Shown here piece by piece: positions 61,245 to 64,000 of a stretch of DNA of 64,000 nt. The translations under genes and the position numbers were made by a program. The notes under the pieces were generated by a model. The model was not told the origin of the DNA. It was given only the letters and a program-made list of their open reading frames with translations, and did not search any database. Numbering within the stretch: position 1 is the stretch's first letter; the number at the start of each line of letters is the position of its first letter. The stretch comes from Tagaea sp. (GTDB lineage: Bacteria > Pseudomonadota > Alphaproteobacteria > CACIAM-22H2), in the NCBI GenBank assembly GCA_044224405.1, contig JBGAKN010000001.1, positions 416,973 to 480,972 on the forward strand, given 5' to 3'.

Positions 61245-61300
61245 CCGTGGTGATTTGAGCCGGCCGGCTTGCGGACCACGTTAAAGAAACCGCTAAAAGG
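61245..61300 (+). ncRNA. SAM-II-like riboswitch in the metZ 5' leader
   Basis: GAUUUGAGCC..GGCUUGC..ACGUUAAAGAAACCGCUAAAAGG matches the conserved SAM-II core as I recall it (GCUUGC, AAAG, GCUAAAA); upstream of a methionine-biosynthesis gene. Confidence 0.55.
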
Positions 61301-61330
61301 TCGGAGCGTTTCGCGAGCGCATGCCCGCCG

Positions 61331-61360
61331 AACAGCCCCGGACCAAGAGGCCGGGGTTTT
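61331..61360 (+). terminator. Terminator-like hairpin (CCCCGG-ACCAAGAGG-CCGGGG-UUUUU) between riboswitch and metZ start; possible expression platform
   Basis: Read directly; lies inside the longer ORF-track frame, so the downstream ATG 61378 start is preferred. Confidence 0.45.
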
Positions 61361-61377
61361 TGATTCGGGGTAACGCG

Positions 61378-62607
61378 ATGGCAAAGAAAAACGAGTTTTC
61401 GACCGATCCGGCCTGGCGGGCGGGCACGGCCCTTGTGCATGGCGGCACCGAGCGTTCGCAATGGTCGGAGACCGGCGAGGCGATGTTCCTGACGTCGGGC
61501 TTCGTCTATGGCTCGGCCGGCGAGGCCGAACGCGCCTTTGCGACGCCGACCAAGCTCGAGGATCAGCGCTTCGTCTATTCGCGCTTCGGCAACCCGACGG
61601 TCGCGATGTTCGAGGCGCGGCTCGCCGCACTCGAAGGTGCCGAAGCCTGCAAGGGCACGGCCAGTGGCATGGCCGCGGTGTTCGCGGCGCTCGCCTGCCA
61701 GCTCAAGTCGGGCATGCGCGTCGTTTCGGCCCGCGCGCTGTTCGGCTCGTGCCACTACATCGTCACCGAGCTGCTGCCGCGCTGGGGCATCGAGACCGTG
61801 CTGGTCGATGGCCCGGATCTAAGCGCATGGAAGAAGGCGCTGTCGGTCAAGACCGACGTCGTGTTCCTCGAATCGCCGTCCAACCCGATGCTCGACCTCG
61901 TCGACATAAAGGGCGTCGCGAAGCTCGCGAAGAAGGCGGGCGCCAAGGTCGTCGTCGACAACGTGTTCGCCACGCCGCTTCTTCAGAAGCCGCTGGAGCT
62001 GGGTGCCGACGTCGTCGTCTATTCGGCGACCAAGCACATCGACGGGCAGGGGCGCGTGCTCGGCGGCGCCGTGCTGGGTTCGCGCGCGTGGATCGAGGGC
62101 ACGTTCGTGCCGTTCATCCGCCACACGGGCCCGACGCTGTCGGCGTTCAATGCATGGGTGCTGCTGAAGGGGCTCGAGACGTTGCCGCTGCGCGTCGCGG
62201 CGCATTCGCGCAACGCTCTCGCCGTCGCAAAGCATCTCGAGAAGGCGCGCGCCGTGGCGCGCGTGCTCTATCCCGGGCTCAAGTCGCATCCCCAGCATGC
62301 GCTGGCGCGCCGGCAGATGAAGGACGGCGGCCCGCTCGTCGCCTTCGATCTCAAGGGCGGCAAGAAGGCGGCCTTCGCGTTCGTCGATGCGCTCAAGCTC
62401 ATCCGCATTTCCAACAATCTCGGCGATGCCAAGAGCCTGATCTGCCATCCCGCGACCACGACCCATCAGCGCCTGCCGGCCGACGAGAAGGCCCGCCTGC
62501 GCATCGGGCCGGGCAGCCTGCGGCTGTCGGTGGGGATCGAGGACACGGCCGATCTCGTCGAGGATCTGGCCCGCGGTCTCGCGGCTGCCGCGAAGGCCAC
62601 GCGCTAG
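61378..62607 (+). CDS. metZ: O-succinylhomoserine sulfhydrylase / cystathionine gamma-synthase family PLP enzyme
   Basis: PLP-lysine block (..SATKHIDGQGR..), full-length homology to MetZ. Confidence 0.85.
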   Translation: MAKKNEFSTDPAWRAGTALVHGGTERSQWSETGEAMFLTSGFVYGSAGEAERAFATPTKLEDQRFVYSRFGNPTVAMFEARLAALEGAEACKGTASGMAAVFAALACQLKSGMRVVSARALFGSCHYIVTELLPRWGIETVLVDGPDLSAWKKALSVKTDVVFLESPSNPMLDLVDIKGVAKLAKKAGAKVVVDNVFATPLLQKPLELGADVVVYSATKHIDGQGRVLGGAVLGSRAWIEGTFVPFIRHTGPTLSAFNAWVLLKGLETLPLRVAAHSRNALAVAKHLEKARAVARVLYPGLKSHPQHALARRQMKDGGPLVAFDLKGGKKAAFAFVDALKLIRISNNLGDAKSLICHPATTTHQRLPADEKARLRIGPGSLRLSVGIEDTADLVEDLARGLAAAAKATR

Positions 62608-63227
62608 TGCGCCATCCGGCCTCGCCGTTCTTCTGGGCGCTCACGGCGCTTTGGGCGGCGGGGCTGGCGGCGAGCGGCGCCGCACCCTACGACCGGGCGA
62701 CGTGGTTCCTCGAAGTCCTGCCTGCGCTGGTCGCGTGGCCGATCCTTTTTATGACGCGGGAGTCGTTCCGCTTCACCGACCTCGCCTATGCGTTGGCGGC
62801 GCTGCACGGCCTGATCCTGATGCTGGGTGCCGCCTATACCTATGCGCGCGTTCCGCTCGGATTCACGCTGCAGGATTTCCTCGCACTTGACCGGAACCCC
62901 TACGACAAGATCGGGCATTTCGCGCAAGGCTTCGTGCCGGCGATCATTGCGCGCGAGTTGATGATCCGTTTGTTCCGGCTGAACAGCCTGCGGCTCGTCG
63001 CTTTCCTGTCTATCTGTGTTTGTATGACGATCAGTTCAATCTATGAACTGATCGAATGGGGTGTGGCGGTCGCGATCGGCCAGGACGCGACCGCCTTCCT
63101 TGGAACACAGGGCGATCCTTGGGATACGCAGTCCGACATGGCCTTCGCGCTACTGGGCGCGGTTCTGGCCCAGTTGCTCGGGCCCTGGCACGACCGTCAA
63201 ATTGCCGGTCTGGCGACCGGAAACTGA
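62607..63227 (+). CDS. DUF2238 (YjdF-like) membrane protein
   Basis: Six TM segments; GTG start overlapping metZ stop (TAGTG). Confidence 0.65.
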   Translation: MRHPASPFFWALTALWAAGLAASGAAPYDRATWFLEVLPALVAWPILFMTRESFRFTDLAYALAALHGLILMLGAAYTYARVPLGFTLQDFLALDRNPYDKIGHFAQGFVPAIIARELMIRLFRLNSLRLVAFLSICVCMTISSIYELIEWGVAVAIGQDATAFLGTQGDPWDTQSDMAFALLGAVLAQLLGPWHDRQIAGLATGN

Positions 63228-63320
63228 CGGGCCGGGGGGTTGGCCGCACGGGACGCGCGCCCTATACTATAGGCCAGCAAGCGGCATCCCGCCGCGGGCC
63301 GGTCCCTCCAGCGTGATGCG

Positions 63321-63713
63321 ATGTACAGCGAGACGACCCGCGAGATCAAAGTGACGGTCAAGCCGGTCTATCTCGAAGACCAGTCGTCGCCGGACGAAAA
63401 CCATTTCGTCTGGGCCTACCACGTCCGGATCGAGAATCTGGGCCGGCAGACCGTGCAGTTGCGCACCCGCCACTGGCGGATCACCGACGCGAACGGACGC
63501 CACCAGGAAGTACGTGGTGCCGGCGTGGTCGGCGAGCAGCCGGTCCTGAAGCCGGGACAGTCGTTCGAGTACACGTCGGGCACGCCGCTGGGCACGCCGT
63601 CCGGAATCATGGTCGGCAGCTACCAGATGGAAAGCGGCAACGGCGAGAAGTTCGACATCAAGGTTCCCGCCTTCTCGCTCGACTCGCCCAGCCAGTCCGT
63701 CCGGCTGAACTGA
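63321..63713 (+). CDS. apaG: ApaG protein (DUF525)
   Basis: Conserved ApaG sequence (..[36 protein letters not shown]..). Confidence 0.9.
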   Translation: MYSETTREIKVTVKPVYLEDQSSPDENHFVWAYHVRIENLGRQTVQLRTRHWRITDANGRHQEVRGAGVVGEQPVLKPGQSFEYTSGTPLGTPSGIMVGSYQMESGNGEKFDIKVPAFSLDSPSQSVRLN

Positions 63714-63737
63714 CCGATAGCCAAGGAAAGCACATCG

Positions 63738-64000
63738 CGTGAAAGCCCCACTGAAGCCGATCGTCGCGGCCCCGTTCCGCCCCGACCGCAACGCCGCCGA
63801 AGAAGCCGTCCGCACGCTCATCCGCTGGGCGGGCGACGATCCGGACCGCGAAGGCCTGCTCGACACGCCCAAGCGCGTGACGCGCGCGTACGAGGAATGG
63901 TTCGCCGGCTACAAGGAAGATCCCGTCGATATCCTCGCACGGACATTCGAAGAGACCGAGGGTTACGACGAGATGGTCGTCCTGCGGGACGTCCGTTTCG
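63738..64000 (+). CDS. folE: GTP cyclohydrolase I, N-terminal part (continues beyond window end)
   Basis: [21 protein letters not shown] motif; GTG start. Confidence 0.85.

Noticed and set aside
61321-61377. Upstream ATG start for metZ (MPAEQPRTKRPGFLIRGNA...)
   Set aside because: It would translate through a GC hairpin plus T-run that looks like a terminator or riboswitch platform, and it has no RBS at proper distance. The downstream ATG has a GGGG RBS. Kept as an alternative.

Overview
This 64-kb window is high-GC, gene-dense chromosomal DNA with the gene content of an alphaproteobacterium, most likely a sphingomonad. The large antisense 'shadow' ORFs in the track are typical of such GC content.

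I call about 65 genes. Near the start an arsenic module (arsR, a Cys-tailed flavoprotein, aqpS, arsC) sits inside a Liv-type ABC transporter operon that also carries an AMP-dependent CoA ligase and a YqeB-family protein. Central housekeeping genes include acnA, htpG, kynureninase, fdxA, cdnL, rpoH, gcrA, two corA paralogs and a Suv3-like helicase. There is an ECF sigma/anti-sigma pair and a nitric-oxide-type module in which an FNR-like palindrome precedes cytochrome c' and an overlapping Crp/Fnr regulator. The right half is catabolic: mmsA, a TPP-enzyme/Ldh_2 operon, an SDR, an alternative oxidase, a GMC oxidoreductase, paaX-paaABCDE, an RraA-like protein and a PhyH dioxygenase fused to a sugar-type ABC importer. 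The window ends with a TPR/GT41 protein, tRNA-Gly(CCC), metZ behind a SAM-II-like leader, apaG and the start of folE.

There is no CRISPR, prophage or transposase. The only mobile-like DNA is a pair of composite palindromic MITE/REP-like elements that precisely flank an EamA transporter gene.

The most unusual items are:
- the ars flavoprotein with a duplicated vicinal-cysteine C-terminal tail;
- a DUF853 HerA-like ATPase translationally coupled to a Cys-rich secreted protein;
- a three-gene TPP-enzyme/Ldh_2/proline-alanine-rich membrane-protein operon;
- an anti-sigma factor with an internally duplicated N-terminal domain;
- perfect DnaA boxes upstream of gcrA.

Where I located a start codon directly in the sequence text, it disagreed with the ORF track by 1 or 2 nt at three starts (gcrA, the TPP enzyme and the SGNH hydrolase), so coordinates for those three genes may be off by a nucleotide or two.
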